Source: Auanema rhodensis (lineage: Eukaryota; Animalia; Nematoda). Taken from it: a stretch of DNA of 64,000 nucleotides. Made by a program: the position numbers and the translations under genes. The stretch is taken from positions 18,910,001 to 18,974,000 of the forward strand of contig OZ059900.1 in the NCBI GenBank assembly GCA_964057225.1, read 5' to 3'. The notes beneath the pieces are model-generated. The model made no database searches, was not told the DNA's origin, and worked only from the letters and a program-made list of their open reading frames with translations. Numbering within the stretch: position 1 is the first letter of the stretch; each line of letters begins with the position of its first letter. Shown in pieces: positions 28,001 through 41,100 of the stretch.

Positions 28001-31000
28001 AATGAAACCTAGCTTAAAATTGTTCGTACAACGTCTAGTTCCACTTTCACGACAAAAAAACAGGGGTTAGAAAATTAAGGAAATTAGCATATTCTGAGGG
28101 CACGCCCCTTATGGCTAATATTGATTAAATCGATTTTTGTTCATATGAGTCGTCAAATGCAACGAATTTCAGCGTGTTACATACTAAAATGAAGCATTTT
28201 ACAAGCTTAACACTAGAAAAATACAAAAACACAGTATTTCCCATGAGAAATATTTTATTATGCTGGAAAACCAGTTTTTGGAAATTTCGCTGTAAACAAG
28301 GTTTTGACTTACGATTTCATGTGTTCAAACTCATGCAATGTCAATGAAACCTAGCTTAAAATTGTTCGTACAACGTCTAGTTCCACTTTCACGACAAAAA
28401 AACAGGGGTTAGAAAATTAAGGAAATTAGCATATTCTGAGGGCACGCCCCTTATGGCTAATATTGATTAAATCGATTTTTGTTCATATGAGTCGTCAAAT
28501 GCAACGAATTTCAGCGTGTTACATACTAAAATGAAGCATTTTACAAGCTGAACACTAGAAAAATACAAAAACACAGTATTTCCCATGAGAAATATTTTAT
28601 TATGCTGGAAAACCAGTTTTTGGAAATTTCGCTGTAAACAAGGTTTTGACTTACGATTTCATGTGTTCAAACTCATGCAATGTCAATGAAACGTAGCTCA
28701 AAATTGTTCGTACAACGTCTAGTTCCACTTTCACGACAAAAAAACAGGGGTTAGAAAATTAAGGAAATTAGCATATTCTGAGGGCACGCCCCTTATGGCT
28801 AATATTGATTAAATCGATTTTTGTTCATATGAGTCGTCAAATGCAACGAATTTCAGCGTGTTACATACTAAAATGAAGCATTTTACATGCTGAACACTAG
28901 AAAAAAACAAAAACACAGTATTTCCCATGAGAAATATTTTATTATGCTGGAAAACCAGTTTTTGGAAATTTCGCTGTAAACAAGGTTTTGACTTACGATT
29001 TCATGTGTTCAAACTCATGCAATGTCAATGAAACTTAGCTCAAAATTGTTCGTACAACGTCTAGTTCCACTTTCACGACAAAAAAACAGGGGTTAGAAAA
29101 TTAAGGAAATTAGCATATTCTGAGGGCACGCCCCTTATGGCTAATATTGATTAAATCGATTTTTGTTCATATGAGTCGTCAAATGCAACGAATTTCAGCG
29201 TGTTACATACTAAAATGAAGCATTTTACATGCTGAACACTAGAAAAATACAAAAACACAGTATTTCCCATGAGAAATATTTTATTATGCTGGAAAACCAG
29301 TTTTTGGAAATTTCGCTGTAAACAAGGTTTTGACTTACGATTTCATGTGTTCAAACTCATGCAATGTCAATGAAACCTAGCTCAAAATTGTTCGTACAAC
29401 GTCTAGTTCCACTTTCACGACAAAAAAACAGGGGTTAGAAAATTAAGGAAATAAGCATATTCTGAGGGCACGCCCCTTATGGCTAATATTGATTAAATCG
29501 ATTTTTGTTCATATGAGTCGTCAAATGCAACGAATTTCAGCGTGTTACATACTAAAATGAAGCATTTTACATGCTGAACACTAGAACAATACAAAAACAC
29601 AGTATTTCCCATGAGAAATATTTTATTATGCTGGAAAACCAGTTTTTGGAAATTTCGATGTAAACAAGGTTTTGACTTACGATTTCATGTGTTCAAACTC
29701 ATGCAATGTCAATGAAACCTAGCTTACAATTGTTCGTACAACGTCTAGTTCCACTTTCACGACAAAAAAACAGGGGTTAGAAAATTAAGGAAATTAGCAT
29801 ATTCTGAGGGCACGCCCCTTATGGCTAATATTGATTAAATCGATTTTTGTTCATATGAGTCGTCAAATGCAACGAATTTCAGCGTGTTACATACTAAAAT
29901 GAAGCATTTTACAAGCTGAACACTAGAAAAATACAAAAACACAGTATTTCCCATGAGAAATATTTTATTATGCTGGAAAACCAGTTTTTGGAAATTTCGC
30001 TGTAAACAAGGTTTTGACTTACGATTTCATGTGTTCAAACTCATGCAATGTCAATGAAACCTAGCTTAAAATTGTTCGTACAACGTCTAGTTCCACTTTC
30101 ACGACAAAAAAACAGGGGTTAGAAAATTAAGGAAATTAGCATATTCTGAGGGCACGCCCCTTATGGCTAATATTGATTAAATCGATTTTTGTTCATATGA
30201 GTCGTCAAATGCAACGAATTTCAGCGTGTTACATACTAAAATGAAGCATTTTACAAGCTGAACACTAGAAAAATACAAAAACACAGTATTTCCCATGAGA
30301 AATATTTTATTATGCTGGAAAACCAGTTTTTGGAAATTTCGCTGTAAACAAGGTTTTGACTTACGATTTCATGTGTTCAAACTCATGCAATGTCAATGAA
30401 ACTTAGCTCAAAATTGTTCGTACAACGTCTAGTTCCACTTTCACGACAAAAAAACAGGGGTTAGAAAATTAAGGAAATTAGCATATTCTGAGGGCACGCC
30501 CCTTATGGCTAATATTGATTAAATCGATTTTTGTTCATATGAGTCGTCAAATGCAACGAATTTCAGCGTGTTACATACTAAAATGAAGCATTTTACAAGC
30601 TGAACACTAGAAAAATACAAAAACACAGTATTTCCCATGAGAAATATTTTATTATGCTGGAAAACCAGTTTTTGGAAATTTCGCTGTAAACAAGGTTTTG
30701 ACTTACGATTTCATGTGTTCAAACTCATGCAATGTCAATGAAACCTAGCTTAAAATTGTTCGTACAACGTCTAGTTCCACTTTCACGACAAAAAAACAGG
30801 GGTTAGAAAATTAAGGAAATTAGCATATTCTGAGGGCACGCCCCTTATGGCTAATATTGATTAAATCGATTTTTGTTCATATGAGTCGTCAAATGCAACG
30901 AATTTCAGCGTGTTACATACTAAAATGAAGCATTTTACATGCTGAACACTAGAAAAATACAAAAACACAGTATTTCTCATGAGAAATATTTTATTATGCT

Positions 31001-32169
31001 GGAAAACCAGTTTTTGGAAATTTCGCTGTAAACAAGGTTTTGACTTACGATTTCATGTGTTCAAACTCATGCAATGTCAATGAAACCTAGCTCAAAATTG
31101 TTCGTACAACGTCTAGTTCCACTTTCACGACAAAAAAAACAGGGGTTAGAAAATTAAGGAAATTAGCATATTCTGAGGGCACGCCCCTTATGGCTAATAT
31201 TGATTAAATCGATTTTTGTTCATATGAGTCGTCAAATGCAACAAATTTCAGCGTGTTACATACTAAAAATCAAGCATTTTACATGCTGAACACTAGAAAA
31301 ATACAAAAACACAGTATTTCCCATGAGAAATATTTTATTATGCTGGAAAACCAGTTTTTGGAAATTTCGCTGTAAACAAGGTTTTGACTTACTTTTTCTT
31401 GTGTTCAAACTCATGCAATGTCAATGAAACCTAGCTCAAAATTGTTCGTACAACGTCTAGTTCCACTTTCACGACAAAAAAACAGGGGTTAGAAAATTAA
31501 GGAAATTAGCATATTCTGAGGGCACGCCCCTTATGGCTAATATTGATTAAATCGATTTTTGTTCATATGAGTCGTCAAATGCAACGAATTTCAGCGTGTT
31601 ACATACTAAAATGAAGCATTTTACAAGCTGAACACTAGAAAAATACAAAAACACAGTATTTCCCATGAGAAATATTTTATTATGCTGGAAAACCAGTTTT
31701 TGGAAATTTCGCTGTAAACAAGGTTTTGACTTACGATTTCATGTGTTCAAACTCATGCAATGTCAATGAAACCTAGCTTAAAATTGTTCGTACAACGTCT
31801 AGTTCCACTTTCACGACAAAAAAACAGGGGTTAGAAAATTAAGGAAATTAGCATATTCTGAGGGCACGCCCCTTATGGCTAATATTGATTAAATCGATTT
31901 TTGTTCATATGAGTCGTCAAATGCAACGAATTTCAGCGTGTTACATACTAAAATGAAGCATTTTACATGCTGAACACTAGAAAAATACAAAAACACAGTA
32001 TTTCTCATGAGAAATATTTTATTATGCTGGAAAACCAGTTTTTGGAAATTTCGCTGTAAACAAGGTTTTGACTTACGATTTCATGTGTTCAAACTCATGC
32101 AATGTCAATGAAACCTAGCTCAAAATTGTTCGTACAACGTCTAGTTCCACTTTCACGACAAAAAAAACA

Positions 32170-35100
32170 GGGGTTAGAAAATTAAGGAAATTAGCATATT
32201 CTGAGGGCACGCCCCTTATGGCTAATATTGATTAAATCGATTTTTGTTCATATGAGTCGTCAAATGCAACAAATTTCAGCGTGTTACATACTAAAATGAA
32301 GCATTTTACATGCTGAACACTAGAAAAATACAAAAACACAGTATTTCCCATGAGAAATATTTTATTATGCTGGAAAACCAGTTTTTGGAAATTTCGCTGT
32401 AAACAAGGTTTTGACTTACTTTTTCTTGTGTTCAAACTCATGCAATGTCAATGAAACCTAGCTCAAAATTGTTCGTACAACGTCTAGTTCCACTTTCACG
32501 ACAAAAAAACAGGGGTTAGAAAATTAAGGAAATTAGCATATTCTGAGGGCACGCCCCTTATGGCTAATATTGATTAAATCGATTTTTGTTCATATGAGTC
32601 GTCAAATGCAACGAATTTCAGCGTGTTACATACTAAAATGAAGCATTTTACATGCTGAACACTAGAAAAATACAAAAACACAGTATTTCCCATGAGAAAT
32701 ATTTTATTATGCTGGAAAACCAGTTTTTGGAAATTTCGCTGTAAACAAGGTTTTGACTTACGATTTCATGTGTTCAAACTCATGCAATGTCAATGAAACC
32801 TAGCTCAAAATTGTTCGTACAACGTCTAGTTCCACTTTCACGACAAAAAAACAGGGGTTAGAAAATTAAGGAAATTAGCATATTCTGAGGGCACGCCCCT
32901 TATGGCTAATATTGATTAAATCGATTTTTGTTCATATGAGTCGTCAAATGCAACGAATTTCAGCGTGTTACATACTAAAATGAAGCATTTTACATGCTGA
33001 ACACTAGAAAAAAACAAAAACACAGTATTTCCCATGAGAAATAGTTTATTATGCTGGAAAACCAGTTTTTGGAAATTTCGCTGTAAACAAGGTTTTGACT
33101 TACGATTTCATGTGTTCAAACTCATGCAATGTCAATGAAACCTAGCTCAAAATTGTTCGTACAACGTCTAGTTCCACTTTCACGACAAAAAAACAGGGGT
33201 TAGAAAATTAAGGAAGTTAGCATATTCTGAGGGCACGCCCCTTATGGCTAATATTGATTAAATCGATTTTTGTTCATATGAGTCGTCAAATGCAACGAAT
33301 TTCAGCGTGTTACATACTAAAATGAAGCATTTTACATGCTGAACACTAGAAAAATACAAAAACACAGTATTTCCCATGAGAAATATTTTATTATGCTGGA
33401 AAACCAGTTTTTGGAAATTTCGCTGTAAACAAGGTTTTGACTTACGATTTCATGTGTTCAAACTCATGCAATGTCAATGAAACCTAGCTCAAAATTGTTC
33501 GTACAACGTCTAGTTCCACTTTGACGACAAAAAAACAAGGGTTAGAAAATTAAGGAAATTAGCATATTCTGAGGGCACGCCCCTTATGGCTAATATTGAT
33601 TAAATCGATTTTTGTTCATATGAGTCGTCAAATGCAACGAATTTCTGCATGTTACATACTAAAATGAAGCATTTTACATGCTGAACACTAGAAAAAAACA
33701 AAAACACAGTATTTCCCATGAGAAATATTTTATTATGCTGGAAAACCAGTTTTTGGAAATTTCGCTGTAAACAAGGTTTTGACTTACGATTTCATGTGTT
33801 CAAACTCATGCAATGTCAATGAAACTTAGCTCAAAATTGTTCGTACAACGTCTAGTTCCACTTTCACGACAAAAAAACAGGGGTTAGAAAATTAAGGAAA
33901 TTAGCATATTCTGAGGGCACGCCCCTTATGGCTAATATTGATTAAATCGATTTTTGTTCATATGAGTCGTCAAATGCAACGAATTTCAGCGTGTTACATA
34001 CTAAAATGAAGCATTTTACATGCTGAACACTAGAAAAATACAAAAACACAGTATTTCCCATGAGAAATATTTTATTATGCTGGAAAACCAGTTTTTGGAA
34101 ATTTCGCTGTAAACAAGGTTTTGACTTACGATTTCATGTGTTCAAACTCATGCAATGTCAATGAAACCTAGCTCAAAATTGTTTGTACAACGTCTAGTTC
34201 CACTTTCACGACAAAAAAACAGGGGTTAGAAAATTAAGGAAATTAGCATATTCTGAGGGCACGCCCCTTATGGCTAATATTGATTAAATCGATTTTTGTT
34301 CATATGAGTCGTCAAATGCAACGAATTTCAGCGTGTTACATACTAAAATGAAGCATTTTACATGCTGAACACTAGAAAAATACAAAAACACAGTATTTCC
34401 CATGAGAAATATTTTATTATGCTGGAAAACCAGCTTTTGGAAATTTCGCTGTAAACAAGGTTTTGACTTACGATTTCATGTGTTCAAACTCATGCAATGT
34501 CAATGAAACTTAGCTCAAAATTGTTCGTACAACGTCTAGTTCCACTTTCACGACAAAAAAACAAGGGTTAGAAAATTAAGGAAATTAGCATATTCTGAGG
34601 GCACGCCCCTTATGGCTAATATTGATTAAATCGATTTTTGTTCATATGAGTCGTCAAATGCAACGAATTTCAGCGTGTTACATACTAAAATGAAGCATTT
34701 TACATGCTGAACACTAGAAAAATACAAAAACACAGTATTTCCCATGAGAAATATTTTATTATGCTGGAAAACCAGTTTTTGGAAATTTCGCTGTAAACAA
34801 GGTTTTGACTTACGATTTCATGTGTTCAAACTCATGCAATGTCAATGAAACCTAGCTCAAAATTGTTTGTACAACGTCTAGTTCCACTTTCACGACAAAA
34901 AAACAGGGGTTAGAAAATTAAGGAAATTAGCATATTCTGAGGGCACGCCCCTTATGGCTAATATTGATTAAATCGATTTTTGTTCATATGAGTCGTCAAA
35001 TGCAACGAATTTCAGCGTGTTACATACTAAAATGAAGCATTTTACATGCTGAACACTAGAAAAATACAAAAACACAGTATTTCCCATGAGAAATATTTTA

Positions 35101-38100
35101 TTATGCTGGAAAACCAGCTTTTGGAAATTTCGCTGTAAACAAGGTTTTGACTTACGATTTCATGTGTTCAAACTCATGCAATGTCAATGAAACTTAGCTC
35201 AAAATTGTTCGTACAACGTCTAGTTCCACTTTCACGACAAAAAAACAAGGGTTAGAAAATTAAGGAAATTAGCATATTCTGAGGGCACGCCCCTTATGGC
35301 TAATATTGATTAAATCGATTTTTGTTCATATGAGTCGTCAAATGCAACGAATTTCAGCGTGTTACATACTAAACTGAAGCATTTTACATGCTGAACACTA
35401 GAAAAATACAAAAACACAGTATTTCCCATGAGAAATATTTTATTATGCTGGAGAACCAGTTTTTGGAAATTTCGCTGTAAACAAGGTTTTGACTTACGAT
35501 TTCATGTGTTCAAACTCATGCAATGTCAATGAAACCTAGCTCAAAATTGTTCGTACAACGTCTAGTTCCACTTTCACGACAAAAAAACAGGGGTTAGAAA
35601 ATTAAGGAAATTAGCATATTCTGAGGGCACGCCCCTTATGGCTAATATTGATTAAATCGATTTTTGTTCATATGAGTCGTCAAATGCAACGAATTTTAGC
35701 GTGTTACATACTCAAATGAAGCATTTTACATGCTGAACACTAGAAAAATACAAAAACACAGTATTTCCCATGAGAAATATTTTATTATGCTGGAAAACCA
35801 GTTTTTGGAAATTTCGCTGTAAACAAGGTTTGACTTACGATTTCATGTGTTCAAACTCATGCAATGTCAATGAAACCTAGCTCAAAATTGTTCGTACAAC
35901 GTCTAGTTCCACTTTCACGACAAAAAAACAGGGGTTAGAAAATTAAGGAAATTAGCATATTCTGAGGGCACGCCCCTTATTGCTAATATTGATTAAATCG
36001 ATTTTTGTTCATATGAGTCGTCAAATGCAACGAATTTCAGCGTGTTACATACTAAAATGAAGCATTTTACATGCTGAACACTAGAAAAATACAAAAACAC
36101 AGTATTACCCATGAAAAATATTTTATTATGCTGGAAAACCAGTTTTTGGAAATTTCGCTGTAAACAAGGTTTTGACTTACGATTTCATGTGTTCAAACTC
36201 ATGCAATGTCAATGAAACCTAGCTCAAAATTGTTCGTACAACGTCTAGTTCCACTTTCACGACAAAAAAACAGGGGTTAGAAAATTAAGGAAATTAGCAT
36301 ATTCTGAGGGCACGCCCCTTATGGCTAATATTGATTAAATCGATTTTTGTTCATATGAGTCGTCAAATGCAACGAATTTCAGCGTGTTACATACTAAAAT
36401 GAAGCATTTTACATGCTGAACACTAGAAAAATACAAAAACACAGTATTTCCCATGAGAAATATTTTATTATGCTGGAAAACCAGTTTTTGGAAATTTCGC
36501 TGTAAACAAGGTTTTGACTTACGATTTCATGTGTTCAAACTCATGCAATGTCAATGAAACTTAGCTCAAAATTGTTCGTACAACGTCTAGTTCCACTTTC
36601 ACGACAAAAAAACAGGGGTTAGAAAATTAAGGAAATTAGCATATTCTGAGGGCACGCCCCTTATGGCTAATATTGATTAAATCGATTTTTGTTCATATGA
36701 GTCGTCAAATGCAACGAATTTCAGCGTGTTACATACTAAAATGAAGCATTTTACATGCTGAACACTAGAAAAATACAAAAACACAGTATTTCCCATGAGA
36801 AATATTTTATTATGCTGGAAAACCAGTTTTTGGAAATTTCGCTGTAAACAAGGTTTTGACTTACGATTTCATGTGTTCAAACTCATGCAATGTCAATGAA
36901 ACCTAGCTCAAAATTGTTTGTACAACGTCTAGTTCCACTTTCACGACAAAAAAACAGGGGTTAGAAAATTAAGGAAATTAGCATATTCTGAGGGCACGCC
37001 CCTTATGGCTAATATTGATTAAATCGATTTTTGTTCATATGAGTCGTCAAATGCAACGAATTTCAGCGTGTTACATACTAAAATGAAGCATTTTACATGC
37101 TGAACACTAGAAAAATACAAAAACACAGTATTTCCCATGAGAAATATTTTATTATGCTGGAAAACCAGTTTTTGGAAATTTCGCTGTAAACAAGGTTTTG
37201 ACTTACGATTTCATGTGTTCAAACTCATGCAATGTCAATGAAACTTAGCTCAAAATTGTTCGTACAACGTCTAGTTCCACTTTCACGACAAAAAAACAAG
37301 GGTTAGAAAATTAAGGAAATTAGCATATTCTGAGGGCACGCCCCTTATTGCTAATATTGATTAAATCGATTTTTGTTCATATGAGTCGTCAAATGCAACG
37401 AATTTCAGCGTGTTACATACTAAAATGAAGCATTTTACATGCTGAACACTAGAAAAATACAAAAACACAGTATTTCCCATGAGAAATATTTTATTATGCT
37501 GGAAAACCAGTTTTTGGAAATTTCGCTGTAAACAAGGTTTTGACTTACGATTTCATGTGTTCAAACTCATGCAATGTCAATGAAACCTAGCTCAAAATTG
37601 TTTGTACAACGTCTAGTTCCACTTTCACGACAAAAAAACAGGGGTTAGAAAATTAAGGAAATTAGCATATTCTGAGGGCACGCCCCTTATGGCTAATATT
37701 GATTAAATCGATTTTTGTTCATATGAGTCGTCAAATGCAACGAATTTCAGCGTGTTACATACTAAAATGAAGCATTTTACATGCTGAACACTAGAAAAAT
37801 ACAAAAACACAGTATTTCCCATGAGAAATATTTTATTATGCTGGAAAACCAGTTTTTGGAAATTTCGCTGTAAACAAGGTTTTGACTTACGATTTCATGT
37901 GTTCAAACTCATGCAATGTCAATGAAACCTAGCTCAAAATTGTTCGTACAACGTCTAGTTCCACTTTCACGACAAAAAAACAAGGGTTAGAAAATTAAGG
38001 AAATTAGCATATTCTGAGGGCACGCCCCTTATGGCTAATATTGATTAAATCGATTTTTGTTCATATGAGTCGTCAAATGCAACGAATTTCAGCGTGTTAC

Positions 38101-41100
38101 ATACTAAAATGAAGCATTTTACATGCTGAACACTAGAAAAATACAAAAACACAGTATTTCCCATGAGAAATATTTTATTATGCTGGAAAACCAGTTTTTG
38201 GAAATTTCGCTGTAAACAAGGTTTTGACTTACGATTTCATGTGTTCAAACTCATGCAATGTCAATGAAACCTAGCTCAAAATTGTTCGTACAACGTCTAG
38301 TTCCACTTTCACGACAAAAAAACAGGGGTTAGAAAATTAAGGAAATTAGCATATTCTGAGGGCACGCCCCTTATGGCTAATATTGATTAAATCGATTTTT
38401 GTTCATATGAGTCGTCAAATGCAACGAATTTCAGCGTGTTACATACTAAAATGAAGCATTTTACATGCTGAACACTAGAAAAATACAAAAACACAGTATT
38501 TCCCATGAGAAATATTTTATTATGCTGGAAAACCAGTTTTTGGAAATTTCGCTGTAAACAAGGTTTTGACTTACGATTTCATGTGTTCAAACTCATGCAA
38601 TGTCAATGAAACCTAGCTCAAAATTGTTTGTACAACGTCTAGTTCCACTTTCACGACAAAAAAACAGGGGTTAGAAAATTAAGGAAATTAGCATATTCTG
38701 AGGGCACGCCCCTTATGGCTAATATTGATTAAATCGATTTTTGTTCATATGAGTCGTCAAATGCAACGAATTACAGCGTGTTACATACTAAAATGAAGCA
38801 TTTTACATGCTGAACACTAGAAAAATACAAAAACACAGTATTTCCCATGAGAAATATTTTATTATGCTGGAAAACCAGTTTTTGGAAATTTCGCTGTAAA
38901 CAAGGTTTTGACTTACGATTTCATGTGTTCAAACTCATGCAATGTCAATGAAACCTAGCTCAAAATTGTTCGTACAACGTCTAGTTCCACTTTCACGACA
39001 AAAAAACAAGGGTTAGAAAATTAAGGAAATTAGCATATTCTGAGGGCACGCCCCTTATGGCTAATATTGATTAAATCGATTTTTGTTCATATGAGTCGTC
39101 AAATGCAACGAATTTCAGCGTGTTACATACTAAAATGAAGCATTTTACATGCTGAACACTAGAAAAATACAAAAACACAGTATTTCCCATGAGAAATATT
39201 TTATTATGCTGGAAAACCAGTTTTTGGAAATTTCGCTGTAAACAAGGTTTTGACTTACGATTTCATGTGTTCAAACTCATGCAATGTCAATGAAACCTAG
39301 CTCAAAATTGTTCGTACAACGTCTAGTTCCACTTTCACGACAAAAAAACAGGGGTTAGAAAATTAAGGAAATTAGCATATTCTGAGGGCACGCCCCTTAT
39401 GGCTAATATTGATTAAATCGATTTTTGTTCATATGAGTCGTCAAATGCAACGAATTTCTGCATGTTACATACTAAAATGAAGCATTTTACATGCTGAACA
39501 CTAGAAAAAAACAAAAACACAGTATTTCCCATGAGAAATATTTTATTATGCTGGAAAACCAGTTTTTGGAAATTTCGCTGTAAACAAGGTTTTGACTTAC
39601 GATTTCATGTGTTCAAACTCATGCAATGTCAATGAAACTTAGCTCAAAATTGTTCGTACAACGTCTAGTTCCACTTTCACGACAAAAAAACAGGGGTTAG
39701 AAAATTAAGGAAATTAGCATATTCTGAGGGCACGCCCCTTATGGCTAATATTGATTAAATCGATTTTTGTTCATATGAGTCGTCAAATGCAACGAATTTC
39801 AGCGTGTTACATACTAATATGAAGCATTTTACATGCTGAACACTAGAAAAATACAAAAACACAGTATTTCCCATGAGAAATATTTTATTATGCTGGAAAA
39901 CCAGTTTTTGGAAATTTCGCTGTAAACAAGGTTTTGACTTACGATTTCATGTGTTCAAACTCATGCAATGTCAATGAAACCTAGCTCAAAATTGTTCGTA
40001 CAACGTCTAGTTCCACTTTCACGACAAAAAAACAGGGGTTAGAAAATTAAGGAAATAAGCATATTCTGAGGGCACGCCCCTTATGGCTAATATTGATTAA
40101 ATCGATTTTTGTTCATATGAGTCGTCAAATGCAACGAATTTCAGCGTGTTACATACTAAAATGAAGCATTTTACATGCTGAACACTAGAACAATACAAAA
40201 ACACAGTATTTCCCATGAGAAATATTTTATTATGCTGGAAAACCAGTTTTTGGAAATTTCGATGTAAACAAGGTTTTCACTTACGATTTCATGTGTTCAA
40301 ACTCATGCAATGTCAATGAAACCTAGCTCAAAATTGTTCGTACAACGTCTAGTTCCACTTTCACGACAAAAAAACAGGGGTTAGAAAATTAAGGAAATTA
40401 GCATATTCTGAGGGCACGCCCCTTATGGCTAATATTGATTAAATCGATTTTTGTTCATATGAGTCGTCAAATGCAACGAATTTCAGCGTGTTACATACTA
40501 AAATGAAGCATTTTACAAGCTGAACACTAGAAAAATACAAAAACACAGTATTTCCCATGAGAAATATTTTATTATGCTGGAAAACCAGTTTTTGGAAATT
40601 TCGCTGTAAACAAGGTTTTGACTTACGATTTCATGTGTTCAAACTCATGCAATGTCAATGAAACCTAGCTCAAAATTGTTCGTACAACGTCTAGTTCCAC
40701 TTTCACGACAAAAAAAACAGGGGTTAGAAAATTAAGGAAATTAGCATATTCTGAGGGCACGCCCCTTATGGCTAATATTGATTAAATCGATTTTTGTTCA
40801 TATGAGTCGTCAAATGCAACAAATTTCAGCGTGTTACATACTAAAATGAAGCATTTTACATGCTGAACACTAGAAAAATACAAAAACACAGTATTTCCCA
40901 TGAGAAATATTTTATTATGCTGGAAAACCAGTTTTTGGAAATTTCGCTGTAAACAAGGTTTTGACTTACTTTTTCTTGTGTTCAAACTCATGCAATGTCA
41001 ATGAAACCTAGCTCAAAATTGTTCGTACAACGTCTAGTTCCACTTTCACGACAAAAAAACAGGGGTTAGAAAATTAAGGAAATTAGCATATTCTGAGGGC

